A program made the translations under genes and the position numbers. DNA of 64,000 bases, taken from positions 52,824,001-52,888,000 of the forward strand of contig NC_043000.1 in assembly GCF_006345805.1 (NCBI RefSeq), given 5' to 3'. This document shows positions 1-13,845 of the stretch, piece after piece. Position 1 is the first letter of the stretch. Each line of letters starts with the position of its first letter. The notes below the pieces were generated by a model. It saw only the letters and a list, made by a program, of their open reading frames with translations, did not search any database and was not told where the DNA came from. The DNA is from Octopus sinensis (taxonomy: Eukaryota).

Positions 1-603
1 ATACAGTACACAATCATATAGGAGTTTATTTTGCATTTCTCTCTTGTTCTTACCATGATAGGTATTTACATGTGCTAAGATTGCCTTTATTCAATATTTT
101 AGTGTCGACCATATACTACCACATCGTCAGAAACATCAAACAGTTCAGCATGTATTTCAACTTTTTACTGTCTGTGCCATCTATATATCTCTGTTTATAA
201 ACGTGGAAGAGAATCGATAAATTAATCATATCTGATTTGAAATAATCTAATTTGTTGAAACTACAGTAATATATCTACAGAAGCTACTATTAAACTCGAT
301 CAATTCCGAATACTGCCTTTAATCTGAATGACTATCACTGTGGAGTTGTCACAAATATCATGTTAGAAGTATACCAATACATTGTATGAAACGTATAAGA
401 ATTTACTAGAATTTGAAAAGATCGAATGCATGAATAGAATAGTATATTTCTCTCTCTCATACACAATTCCTCTACATGACACCACCTCCACTGAGACTTA
501 TTCCAAGATCATTTTCTCTTACTCTGCATCTACGATTGAAGATTTTGTTGAAGACAGACTTTAATTCTCGTTTTCTGTCTTAATGGATGACACCTTAAAG
601 GGC

Positions 604-870
604 TTTCCTCCCTTCCTTCCTTCCTTCCTTCCTTTCGTGCTACAACTAGGTTAGTAATGCTTTTTTCTGAGTCAGATGGAAGGGTACAGCTTACATACCT
701 AACAACCTACCAACCAACGTACCAACCTACCTAGCTAACTACCTACATGCCTACCTACCTATCTACTACCTACCTACGTACCTACGTACCTACGTACCTA
801 TCTACCTACCTACCTACCTACCTACCTACCTACCTACCTACATTCATATACATACATACATACATACCAA
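604..870. repeat. Tetranucleotide microsatellites (CTTC)n and (CTAC)n/(CATA)n
   Basis: Direct reading; explains the ORF at 747-983. Confidence 0.9.
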
Positions 871-959
871 CGTGCTTACCACCTATACTATTACTCTATC
901 TGTTTCTCCAACTTTATTCTCTTTCTACCCTTGTTTGCCTCCCTTGTACCCTTCTCTTC

Positions 960-1030
960 TCCCTCTGTTTCTGCTATTTCTGAACTTCGGTATGTGGTGA
1001 TGCATTTCTTTTGCTGATCCCTTATATTAG
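960..1030 (+). mobile_element. Diverged 3' end related to the ~600-bp HHR repeat unit, followed by (TA)n
   Basis: ctgctatttctgaacttcggtatgtggtgatgcatttcttttgctgatcccttatattagta aligns with ctgctatttctaaattcggtatgtggtaaggcaattcgttgctgaacccttattgcttagta at about 9097-9160. Confidence 0.55.
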
Positions 1031-1070
<40 letters not shown>

Positions 1071-2230
1071 TATATATATTATATATATGGTGTGTGTGTG
1101 TGTGTGTGTGTGTTGTGTGTGTGTGTGTAGCTCGTATTGTACTCGGTTTGCATGATTATTGATGTGAATTCGTGTGTTGAAAGAAATGCTACTGAACCTT
1201 GGGAGGAGCACTATGCCGGTAATAATAAACACACGCACTGGTTCGATCCGTTATTGTTATTGTTAATTAATGGTTTAGTTACTCCGTTAACCAATTTATC
1301 GATCAGCCGTTTTTTTTTTACTAGTTTAACAAACCCATATGTTAAACATTTTGTTCAAACAGCTAAATCTTTCAAATGTTTAGTATTGTTCGTGTTGTCA
1401 TGTTTTTTTTCATTTGTCAAAAAATTATTTCATCACATTGTTGCAATCTCCAGTGACACGTCTCGCTGTACCACCATATGTTTTCAACTTATATTCCTGC
1501 GTTGAGATTCATCTGAAACCTGTCAGAGATGATTGTGTGAGTGTGTGTATATCTGTATGTGTGTGTGTTTAAACGTAAATGTGTGTGCTTTAAATACTGA
1601 CTATATCAGTTTTTTTATACATAAGATAGCGGTTTTGGTTTTCTCTTTGTTTTCTTCACAAACGCACACATTCATCCATATAATGGTTCTCTCAAAGACA
1701 GCTAAACCGTCTTCTATGCTCGATAAATGTTGAATAAATTGCTATCTATCTGTGCGTGAGCATGAGCATACATATGCGTGCGCGTGTCAATGTGTGTATG
1801 GGAGGGCATGTGTGTACGAGTGTGTGTCTGTGATTGCGTGTACGGGTGTGTGTGAGTGTGTCCTTGTGTGTGTGTATGAGTATGTGCATGTATATATGTG
1901 TGTGTGTGTGTGTGTGTGTATATGTGAGCAGTGCGCTGGTGATCGTCAGTAAATCCTGAATCCGAAAAAGAAGCATACTCTAAGTTATAGAGCAGCAGAG
2001 GATATATAGATAAAGATAGATATGGTCAGTTTCCTCAGACCCTAAAGCTGGTCAAATCAGGCCAACAGGTTCAGAGTCTGAACATACGCTAATAAGCTAA
2101 GCGCTTTATGGACGTGAAACACCGGGTTACCCCATAAGCTAGCCACCTCTATCTTTATCTATCCATTTATCCATGCATCTATCGAACTAGCTAGCTATCT
2201 TCCTCTCTCTCTCTTTCTCAATATATATAT

Positions 2231-2272
<42 letters not shown>

Positions 2273-2306
2273 TATATATATATAATATATAATATATAAT
2301 ATATAT

Positions 2307-2369
<63 letters not shown>

Positions 2370-3360
2370 ATATATATAGAGAGAGATAGAGAGAGACAGA
2401 GACAGACAGACAGACAAGCAGACAGAGAAACAGAGTGGGAGAGAGAGAGAGGAAAGAGAAGGAGAAAGAGAAGAGAGTTGTGTGTGTCTCAATGTGTTTG
2501 CTTAAGTGGGCAGATCAGTGGGACTACAAGCATTGTCAAAAACCTTATTGACCAACAGGAATGCTCAGAAAATCTTTCTTTCTACAGCATTATCATTGAA
2601 GTGTGTTGCGCCTGAAGCTCTCACGTCCGTATTTTAGCTTCTTACTGAGAGTAATTTTTATTTGTTTTTAGTTTTCCTTTTTTCGTTCCCTCTTCTTTTC
2701 TTTTTTTTTCCTTCTTGTTACCGCATTTTCTCTTGTTTTCTTACAACTGCGGTATTACTACCTTCTTGTTTATAATTTGTGTACGTTTTTGTATATATTA
2801 TATATACTACATCAGCTCTATCAATCCGCCTCTTTGTCCTTCTTTGTCTACCTGTTTTACTCTCTATTTTTATTCTGTACACTCGGTATTTTGTAGGTTT
2901 TCTCAAAATATCGTGACTGCTGCAATATAATATTATTTACCTTCATATTTTGAATTGTTAATTGCCAGAACAGTTGCACGTAAAATTCATCCAGCATAAA
3001 TCATGGAAAATGCTTTCCGAATATCAACATTTTGTTGTGGACGATGCAATAATATATGTGTGTGTGTTTGTGTGTGTGCGTGGGGGGGGGGCGATGAAAA
3101 GCTGTATTTTGTATGGCATCATTTAACAATACAATAAGATACATCATAGCACGTAAAGAAATTCAAGCCTGCATGATGTAAATATATTGTGATGCACATA
3201 CTTTCAAATAAAAGATTCTACACTGGAAGTAATATGATTGCATATGCTTACTGTACCTCTTTATTCAGTCACATAACCGGAAGTCGCACAACGTTTCACG
3301 TGATAAATATCATTTTTTTAAAATATAAACACAAAAGAATTTATCAAATATCATCTTCGG

Positions 3361-3398
<38 letters not shown>

Positions 3399-3473
3399 GG
3401 TGAATGTACGTACGTACGTATGTATGTATATATATATAATAATATTAGGGAGTAAATCCAAACTTACAGGAAA

Positions 3474-3598
3474 AAATTAGATTTAGGATTAAATCTAATT
3501 TTACAGTATAAATATAAATTAAATTAGAGATAAAACCACTATTAGATTTAGGTTTATGTTTTTCACTGTTTGATTTGCCTAATAGTGGTTTTATCTAA

Positions 3599-3605
<7 letters not shown>
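3474..3605. repeat. Fold-back repeat end (probable PLE pseudo-LTR fragment) between TA tracts
   Basis: Palindrome aaaattagattta-gga-ttaaatctaatttt, plus inverted arms aattaaattagagataaaaccactattag / ctaatagtggttttatctaatttaatt; a related fragment lies at about 58465-58510. Confidence 0.55.
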
Positions 3606-3651
<46 letters not shown>

Positions 3652-4299
3652 CTGTGTGTGTCTGTATGTATGTATGTATGTGTGCGCGTGCGTGTGCATA
3701 TATTTAGTCAATAGATGAGAGTCAGAGACACTCCGTAGTACTCAGAAGATTCCAACATTGATGTTTTCATATGGGATCGAATTCACAAGGTACAGAAAGG
3801 CTATAAGACGGATCAGGTTGAGCGGGAATAGAGACAATTATGCAATTATGAGGATTAAAAAATTGGACACATTAAATATATTTAATATCATAGTTTGCGT
3901 ATAAATTACAAAATATGTATATATGTATACATGCAAAATGTGAGAAAGCAAAATGTGAAGATTTCCAGCTGATGAATTTTTAAGTATACATATATTGAAA
4001 TTGATCTCAATAGGTCAAACTTACACAGAGTACAGAGGACAGAGAAAATTAAAGAGGTGGAAAAAAGATGCTTGAAAATTGACGCGCAAGTGATATCTAG
4101 AGATCTGTTTGATGGCATCAGCTGGCGTTCTGTTTGCCTCAAAATGTCTGTTAGCGCGTGTGTTTCTGAAGTTAGTAGTCCCGCAAGTGGTAACCACACT
4201 AGAGTGTACGTGTGTGTGCGATGTTCAGTTTATATAGATGAATAGATGTACGTAGTTTCCGAGATGTATTTCTAGGCATGATGTAATACGTTGGGGGTG

Positions 4300-4330
4300 T
4301 AATGCGGGGCGGGTTGGGGCGAGGTAAGAA
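4300..4330 (+). promoter_or_regulatory. GC-box cluster followed by a consensus 5' splice donor (possible non-coding first exon)
   Basis: gcggggcgggttggggcGAG|GTAAGA in a locally CpG-richer unique region; motif evidence only. Confidence 0.2.
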
Positions 4331-4912
4331 ATCAGTTTAGTTGGAAGCAGTTATGTGAAACTGACCGGTCTTTTAATATTAAAACCTAGTGGGTAACAGC
4401 GGCAGAAAGTGAGATGTTGTTTGTGACAGCCACAAGTAGGACGTCGAGGATTGTCAGGTGGTAGGTATACTGTGTGAATATGTTGAAATGGTGGATTGCT
4501 AACTCGTGCCCTCGTGCTCTTCTTGGACGTATGCTACGTTGATTTTCGGCGACATAATCCACTAACATGCAGTCGAGTTCTCGAATCTGAAAGAGAAAAG
4601 AGATTTTATATTTAAAATAGTATATAGAATTTCCAGTAATGAAGATGAATTGGTATGAATGAAATACATCAGCAACCCACATGAGAAGCATCCTTTGTTC
4701 GTGGAGTACGTGAACGATACATGTATATGTATGAAACTTTCAAGTATCTATACTTTATTTCAATGGTAGTTTAATCGAACAACAGCATCCTCATCGTCAT
4801 AAACCGATAGCCAACCCTCTACCCAGACTCTCATACACGCACACGCAAATGCATAGACACATAAACACATATACATTTTGTTTATGTGTGTGCCTATATG
4901 TGTGGCAATATT

Positions 4913-5130
4913 TGTTTCAGTCAATTGACTGTGACCATGCTCGAGCACCGCCTTTAGTCGAGCAAATATACCCCAAAACTTATTCTTTGTAACCCTAGTA
5001 CCTATTGTATCGGTCTCTTTGCCGAGCCGCTAAGTTACGGAGACGTAAACACACCACCATCGGTTGTTAAGCGATGTTTGGGGGACAAACAGAAGACACA
5101 CAAGCATATACACTCACGTATATACACACA

Positions 5131-5189
<59 letters not shown>

Positions 5190-5338
5190 TATATAACGGG
5201 CTTCTTTCAGTTTCCCTCTACAAAATCCACTCACAAGGCTTTGGTCGGCCCGATGCTATAGTACAAGACACTTGCCCAAGGTGCTATGCAGTGAGACTGA
5301 ACCCGGAATCATGTGGTTGGTATTCAGCCACTCCTACG

Positions 5339-5340
<2 letters not shown>
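4913..5340 (-). mobile_element. Cephalopod tRNA-headed SINE (family 1), near full length
   Basis: Head ggcgtaggagtggctg..., internal (TA)n, tail gactgaaaca; homologous to 22310-22718 and other copies in the window. Confidence 0.85.
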
Positions 5341-5385
<45 letters not shown>

Positions 5386-7155
5386 TATATATAATTTGTG
5401 TGTACCTGTATATGCATAAATGCGTATTTCTGTCTACACCAATGAAATGAGATGGAAAATTTGAAATTATGCGTCATTTGAACAAAACTTTAGAGACGTT
5501 ATATGTTGTGCGTATGAATGTGAATTAATTTACTTCTCTTAAGACAAACATATTTTGGATACAAAGTACACGAAATATGATGTCTTAAAAAATATATATT
5601 TATTCTTCTAACGTATACTAAATTTCTTACCATTATTATATTCGTTGCAGATAAGGTTTACATTTATTTGCTTACGAGCATCTGACAACAATGGAAGAAC
5701 ATCAAATTCCGACATATCTGATTATATTTGCGCTCCCCATATCTAGGAAATTTTATGGATACTAAATTTTAAAAATGTTTTTAGATTTTAGTATTACCTG
5801 CGCAGTATATAAAATATTGCAGATAAATCTAGAAGTGAAGTCGAATACTTTTACGTCGATAAAATTGCAGAAGTGGAGGAAATTCTGAAACTTAGTAATA
5901 TAAATGTAGAACTACGCGGAAATATGTGAACAATCCTAAATAATGCAGATCTCCAGGACTAAATAGAAACTACGAACCATTGTATATATCGCCAAAATAA
6001 AATTTAATTTACTGATTTAAAATATTTGTGAATCTACTTAAATGATTTCTTTCTGTTAAACATTTTTTTATGATACAGGACTAAAAATTCAATATTCCTT
6101 TGAACTTGGAGTTACAACCAGCGTGTTTATGTGTAAATATTTGTGGTTTGGAAGATTAAAATAAAATCAATATCAATAAAAGAAAATTTGATTATTTGTT
6201 CCAGTGGCTCCAGTTCTAGTCACCCATAAAACGTAATGTTGTCCAAATTTACTTTTGTGTGCATTTAAATCTCACTAGACTGTCAATGATGTCTAATTCC
6301 TAGCTAAAGTTATTTCTCTTTATGAATTCTCACATATAATAGTATAACGAGGATGGTACAAATATATGTTTGGAAAGCAAATATAAACATAACAAAATTC
6401 TAAAAGCAAGCAAAATCACACGAAACCACGCACACACAAACATATATAAAACTGTATTCATATATGTAAACATTGATTCGAAAATACGTAAGTTTTATAT
6501 TACTTTAAAATTAAAGAAGATTAATCGAACACAACATTATATCTAGATATATTTGCTATTAAGCAGAACTGCCAAAATATCTGTAAATAGACAGAAACAT
6601 AAATACTTGAAAGTATAGACACATTTGTGAAAGAGAATGTGTGTAAAAGGATAGAAAAAAACCTGAGCGTAAGAGAGAGATTATGAAAACGAAACAAATA
6701 TTGGCGTCAAATATACAGAACCATAAGTCATTTTTATTCAGGCAAAGTTCAGTTAAAAATGTCAAAAAGTTTCACGTGATTATATATTCAATTTTTTTCT
6801 TAATGTCTTGTATTCTTATGCATTTCCTAAACTTTCATGAATTTGCGTGTATCACTTGAGATTATAATGTACAGATTTTATTATGATACCTGTTGACTTG
6901 TAGAGGAGAGTCTATAAAGATCCGTCACCCATTCAAAGATTTTTAAAAAATCTCATAATAGATACGTTTTTACATCATACAACACAAATGCGTACAAATA
7001 AATAATGCACTTAGCAAATGGAAGTTTGAACTGCTGAATCACCGAATATATATATATATATATATATATGTAGGTCCCGGGTTGATCCGGGGTTAACCAC
7101 AGTAAGTAAGGTACTCAATACATAGCAGAGTAAAATTAATTTATTATATAGAAGG

Positions 7156-7206
7156 AGCTTCTACAGGACTAGTACTGTTTCATTCAAGAGAAATCTTCAG
7201 GAAGCT
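7156..7206 (-). ncRNA. Decayed type I hammerhead ribozyme in a PLE-like repeat end (about 7070-7350)
   Basis: AGCUUC-CUGAAGA-UUUCucuuGAAU-GAAA-CAGUACUA-GUC-cugua-GAAGCU; stem I offset and U.U at the base of stem II. Confidence 0.55.
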
Positions 7207-7535
7207 ATTTAACAAGAATTGTATTAGCATTTATACATTTAGGCAGGTTTAAAGGAGTGGTGGTGGGGGACTTTTTTGGGGGTAGGCATAGCGCAAAATA
7301 TCATACTTGGGGGAGTGGTCAAGGAGTCAGTGGTAAGTTAGATGAAAGAATAGATAAATAAAAAAATAAAATAAAAAATAAAAAATAAAAATAAAAATAA
7401 AAATAAGAAATAAAAAAAATTAAAAAATAAAAAAATAAAAAAAAAAATAAAATGTGTGCACATACTTACATAAACACATATACATACACACACACATACG
7501 TACACATGTGTGCCTATACATACCTACACATACAC

Positions 7536-7578
<43 letters not shown>

Positions 7579-8271
7579 TATATATATTATATATACACAA
7601 TCAAATACAGGCCCATTCCCTAATTTTAATTTTATTATCTTCATTTATTACTTTTGTTATCTTTGATCGCTAGGGCTAAGGATCCTGGCGATGGCAGCAT
7701 GTCCAATTGTCTGTCTACTAGAAGGCAAGTACTCGTTCCCGCACGCACACTCATTAGCACGTACATACACCCATTCGTACACTCATACACATACACGTAC
7801 GCACGCGTTATATTCATACATACAAACATCTACATACGTTCACGTATATACACATACGTACTCGTATCTACAGATTCATGTCTACACTTTAGGAGGCTAG
7901 TCTATATATATACACCAATAAATATACATATATATATGTATATTTATTAAGATTAAAATCTGTACAAGCATGTAAAAGCCTCAAATGAGGCTTTTACATG
8001 CCGAAGACTACTTGGTGTAATTGATAATTATTCCAAATTAATTAATTTCACCCTTCATTATTACGGATAACCATATTTTATCTCAGTAGATGACCACAGC
8101 ATCTTGTTTTGGCTACACGCGGTTGGGAGGGGCTGTTGACACAATCGTTTCATTCACAAATTTGAATTCGGTGATACTAGTTGAGGATTCTAGCTCGCTC
8201 TGATACTGAGTTGAGTTGGTACCTCCTAGTATCTCAAAATTCAATATATAATCATTTATGATTATAGTATT

Positions 8272-8375
8272 CCACGCTGAAGAGAAAAGAAGTTTCGGTA
8301 AGATAGAATTATTTAATATTAATATTTTAATTCTTATGCTTTCCTAAAACTTGATTTCGAAACGTACCTCCGTGG
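8272..8375 (+). ncRNA. Type I hammerhead ribozyme, copy 1 (cleavage triplet changed to CUC)
   Basis: CCACG-CUGAAGA-long stem II-GAAAC-GUAC-CUC-CGUGG; the G16.2 to C change breaks stem III. Confidence 0.75.
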
Positions 8376-8867
8376 ATAACTTTAAAAATGTTGATAGATT
8401 GCGGTTATTCATCTCTCTTACCTGTTTGTGTCAGCCTTCCAATTGCTGTTTTTACTGAGATCTCCCTTTTTAGTAGAAGAAATAGCTATAACCCTTTGAC
8501 TGCTATTTCTAAATTCGGTATGTGGTAAGGCAATTCGTTGCTGAACCCTTATTGCTTAGTATTACTTAAATTTTCCTCAAATGAGGCTTTTACATGCCGA
8601 AGACTACTTGGTGTAATTGATAATTATCCAAATTAATTAATTTCACCCTTCATTATTACGGATAACCATATTTTATCTCAGTAGATGACCACAGCATCTT
8701 GTTTTGGCTACACGCGGGTGGGAAGGGGCTGTTGACACAATCGTTTCATTCACAAATTTGAATTCGGTGATACTAGTTGAGGATTCTAGCTCGCTCTGAT
8801 ACTGAGTTGAGTTGGTTCCTCCTAGTATCTCAAAATTCAATATATAATCATTTATGATTATAGTATT

Positions 8868-8971
8868 CCACGCTGAAGAGAAAAGAAGTTTCGGTAAGAT
8901 AGAATTATTTAATATTAATATTTTAATTCTTATGCTTTCCTAAAACTTGATTTCGAAACGTACGTCCGTGG
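8868..8971 (+). ncRNA. Type I hammerhead ribozyme, copy 2 (intact)
   Basis: Stem I CCACG/CGUGG, core CUGAAGA, stem II GAAA...UUUC plus AAGUUU/AAACUU, GAAAC-GUAC-GUC; predicted cleavage after 8966. Confidence 0.9.
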
Positions 8972-9160
8972 ATAACTTTAAAAATGTTTGATAGATTGCG
9001 GTTAATTCATTCTCTCTACCTGTTTGTGTCAGCCTTCCAATTGCTGTTTTTACTGAGATCTCCCTTTTTAGTAGAAGAAATAGCTATAACCCTTTGACTG
9101 CTATTTCTAAATTCGGTATGTGGTAAGGCAATTCGTTGCTGAACCCTTATTGCTTAGTAT

Positions 9161-9163
<3 letters not shown>

Positions 9164-9216
<53 letters not shown>

Positions 9217-9264
9217 TATATATACTCCTACATACAGATACATTACCCATATATATATACATAT

Positions 9265-9311
<47 letters not shown>

Positions 9312-10088
9312 CATACACACACACATATATATACACACACATACATACACATATATATACATACACAAACATATATACACACTATATATATATACATATA
9401 TACACACATACATACACACACCTACATACATATACACACACACACACATACATACGTAAACATACATACATACATCATACATCCATACTTACATGCATTT
9501 ATACGCATACATACACCCCCATCTATAATATATAATATATATAATATATATATATATATTATATATATACATATATATATATATATACACACTCACACAT
9601 ACATATACAAATATACGCCCACACATACATACATACACGTATACGCATACACGCACATACACATATACATGCGTACCCATACACGTGCACACACGCACAT
9701 GCATCCATATATATACACACACACACACATATATACACGTGTGCAAGCATACATACATACTCATACACGCACACATACTTACCTATACATATATGCACAC
9801 ACTTACACACATATATACATACACATATACATGCATACATACATATATGCATACATACACATACACGCACATACACATATACACATGCGTACCCATACAC
9901 GTGCCCGCACGCACGCGCATCCATATATATACACACACACACATATATATACACGTGTGCAAGCATACATACATACTCATACACGCGCACATACTTACAT
10001 ATACATATATGCACACACTTACACACATATATACATACACATATACATGCATACATACATATATGCATACATACACACACGCGCACTC

Positions 10089-10135
<47 letters not shown>

Positions 10136-10352
10136 TACACATATATATATATACATATATATACACAAACATATATATACACATATACACATACACATAC
10201 ATGCACACCTACACACACATACACATCACATACACATACTATATATATATATATAATATATACACATATATACACATATACACATACATATATACACACA
10301 TACATACATATACATACACACACACATACATATATACACGGATACACATACC

Positions 10353-10397
<45 letters not shown>

Positions 10398-10558
10398 GTA
10401 TACACATGCATATACTTTATCTCTACATACTCACATATAAACATATATATATATACACACACACACACTACATATACATGTACACACACATACACATATA
10501 CATACATATATACACATACACACATACTATATATATATATATACACATACATATATAT

Positions 10559-10600
<42 letters not shown>

Positions 10601-10697
10601 CCCCCCATATATACATATATATACACACATATCCACACACACACACACCATACATATACACATATACACATATACATATATTATATATATATATATA

Positions 10698-10733
<36 letters not shown>

Positions 10734-10735
10734 AT
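9164..10735. repeat. 1.6-kb compound (TA)/(CA) microsatellite with an internal 216-bp duplication
   Basis: gcgtacccatacacgtgc at 9671 and 9887. Confidence 0.9.
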
Positions 10736-11149
10736 GTACAATATATGGATTTATATAATACAGTGGTAATCACAAAAACGCTCCTTTAGTGGACAAGGTT
10801 ACAGACCACATAGTAAATCAATACGTAGGAATGTAATGTAGAAACCTGTGCAGTGAACACCTGTAAATCCAATCAGTAAAAATTCTGTTATGACGTGTAT
10901 ATAAAATATAAAAAATGTCAGGATGTATGAGATGACGGCCGTTTCGCAGCAAGCACAATGCAAAATTAGTGTATAATAAATTTTTTTACGTGTCTCCACT
11001 TGTGCGTATGTTATAAATAGCATAGGTCTATTGTACATTTTACAAACGAATGCAGATATAGAAGTCTTGTTCATTTGATCAAAAAAATATCATGGTTACA
11101 TCAAACTTTCAACTCCAGTAACACATACATAAGATCATCTTCCAATATT

Positions 11150-11760
11150 TAATGTATGGAAGAGATTATTTTATAAAGAACGGAGGGAGAGACTTTGTAA
11201 GATTTTAAAAAGAACATTAAGGTTGGTGGTGGCGAATGTGCAGATGATGTACGATATGAACGAGAGAAAAAGCGAGAGGGGTTAGGTGGATTGTCGTTAA
11301 TAACCTACTGACATTAATGATAGAGAGAGAAATGAAAATGAAATTTCACGGAATGAGAGAGATATTTGCAGATATGTTTATGAAATATAGAGATTAATAT
11401 CAATAAAAATACAAATAAAGCGTAAGTTAAATTAAAATGGGTGAGGATGAAAGAGAAAGTAAAAACAGAATTACAATAATAAGTCGGAGTATATAAAATT
11501 ATATAAATTAAACAAAATGCGATGAGAATTTCTCAGAAGGATATGTAGTGAGATGAACTTATTCAAAAAGTGCTTAGAAAGATATAATTAATGGTATAAA
11601 ACAGCTGGATAAAATAAAAAGAAATCAGCTCACAGATACTTTGTAACAAATGTTAATACCTGAAATAGGGTTAAGATGTAATTGGCCAACAACTTCTAAG
11701 AGACTAGGTAAAGCGTATGAATAATCCAAAACATATATCCATAATATATATCTAAAATTA
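11150..11760 (+). pseudogene. Highly decayed RLE-type LINE RT remnant (tentative)
   Basis: Broken peptides ADDVRYERE and RMKEKVKTEL resemble the MDDLKLY and MKEKVKTEY motifs of this LINE group. Confidence 0.3.
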
Positions 11761-11820
11761 TTAAGACATAAAATAATGAAAACAAGATGATAGAAAATAA
11801 GTGTATATTATGTAACATCT

Positions 11821-12130
11821 GTTTCAGTAATTTGACTGCGGCCCAGCAGAAGGGCATTGGTCGAACAAATGGATCGCAGGAATTTTTAAGCCTAGTACTT
11901 ATTTTATTGGTGTCTTTACGGAACAGCTAAGTCATGGGGACGTAAACACACCAACACAGGTTGTCAAGCGGTGGTGAGGAACAAACACACACATACATAC
12001 ACACACACACCCACACAAACATATATATAGATATAGATATATATGGCGGGATTCTTCCAGTTTCCGTCTACCAGATACACTGAACAAGTTTTTGCCCCAA
12101 AAGACGATTGCCCAAGGTGTCCCACAGTGG
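11821..12130 (-). mobile_element. SINE family 1, diverged partial copy
   Basis: Homologous to 22310-22718 (cgtaaacacaccaac, tttccgtctacca, tgcccaaggtg). Confidence 0.75.
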
Positions 12131-12568
12131 GACAAAACACGAAACCATGTAGCTGGGACATACATACACACATACATACGTACGTACATATGTATATACA
12201 TAAATGCATATATAGCTAAACCTATGTACACATGCAGGCACAAATATATAGACAGGCAAACAATCAGCCATGTATATACATACTCCCACTCAAACACACA
12301 CACACATATATATAGATGCACACACAGACAAGAATTTATTACGCAAGTATTTCGAAATATGCAATTAATTTTATAAAAAAGCTGGATATAAAAGATATAA
12401 AGTTATAGATATGTTATGACAATTTCTAGTATCGAAGATACTGTTAAATTTTAAATGGTCAACAGATACGAAATATCTAAGTAAACTGTATCCAATATCC
12501 AATATTTAGTATGGAAGTAGGTACATATATATCGATATAGTTACATGCATACATATATGTATATATAT

Positions 12569-12637
<69 letters not shown>

Positions 12638-12673
12638 TATATATATATATATATTATATATATATATATATAT

Positions 12674-12711
<38 letters not shown>

Positions 12712-12715
12712 ATAT

Positions 12716-12764
<49 letters not shown>

Positions 12765-13845
12765 ATATATATGTATGTGTGTGTGTGGAGAGAGAGAGAG
12801 AGAGAAAGAGTGAGAGAGAGATTTAGAATTTCGGAATACAAGAAAATATCTTTCAGCGAACACATAGACAGATGTGCATCCATAAATATCCTAAATTCAC
12901 AACTTTTCCAAATTAGAAATTCAAAGACAGTGCCAGCCAAAAATGAACGCATTAGCAACGAAGTGCATTTCATAAGGAAGTATCGACCGAGTTGAAATTC
13001 TTTAAGCTCAGACCACTGAAAATACATGTATATTATTCATAAGAAATAAAGATTAGAGATTAGACAAATCCATTTCTGTGAAGACCTCAGGGTAGATAAC
13101 TTTACTACGACTATTATTGCTCCTACTGCTTAATTGACTACTACGGCCACTCCTTTTTGAAAACCATTCTGACCACAGTACTTAATTTGCCATGAAGAAA
13201 ACAGCCGAAATTACCACTAGGAATGCTACGAAAACGTCTTCTACATATTTCATATAAATGCATTTTTTTTATGTAGCATTTTCGTTCTTCTTTTTTATAG
13301 ATATACTTCGTTGAAAAGTACTCCACAGTTGATAAATTTAACAGATCTGCAAACAGTGTGAATAGCAGACAAGTGATATTTACTAAATTTTGCCGTTTGA
13401 GAAAGTACGCCTTAAAAAACATGGAAAATCATACCAGTAACATTTTGACATGTGAATTTTTATCTGACGCTATCTCAGAGTCGCACTATTTGGTTTATCC
13501 ATTTAAACCACCCCTGATCACAAAAGGTTGCCTGACTATACTGTCTTTGATACTTTTTATCCATTATTTCTTTATGCTCATTTGTATAATACAGAAGAGA
13601 CCACTGTTTATCTATATCTATAAAAGAGAGTTTGTCTATGTGCGTGTGTACGCATATGTTCCTTATGCATTCCAAATCCGAGTTGCCGATTTTGATGTAT
13701 TGGGTATGAAAAGATTCAGTAGGTTTTTAGCTGCCAACTAAACCATATTTTCATTCAAATATTTGCATAACAAAAAATTAACATTTTCATTTTTCTTTTA
13801 GTTACCTGTCGTAAACTACATTTTATTTCACCACTACAACGACGA

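Larger units (their letters stand above)
7968..9163 (+). repeat. Tandem array 1: two copies of a ~596-bp HHR-bearing non-coding unit (retrozyme-like / PLE pseudo-LTR)
   Basis: tgaggcttttacatgcc at 7986 and 8582; HHR core at 8277 and 8873 (period 596); begins with a 16-bp-arm palindrome (7968-8001) and ends ...TATTAC joined to (AT)n. Confidence 0.9.

Noticed and set aside
3965-4015. CUGAUGA...GAAA-UUG-AUCU-CAA-UA motif
   Set aside because: Neither stem I nor stem II pairs; likely chance
4386-4691. Minus-strand ORF IRELDCMLVDYVAENQ... after a tttcag acceptor
   Set aside because: No homologous domain recognised and no linked exons; left uncalled
9120-10789. Long ORFs (378 aa, 251 aa etc.) rich in Y/I/H/T or V/C/M
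   Set aside because: Translation of (TA)/(CA) microsatellite, which lacks stop codons in these frames; the same applies to most ORFs in the track
12710-13422. Possible exons (WSELKEFQLG..., a Thr-rich plus-strand tract, MKYVEDVFVAFLVV...)
   Set aside because: Mutually incompatible frames and strands, internal stops, no recognisable family
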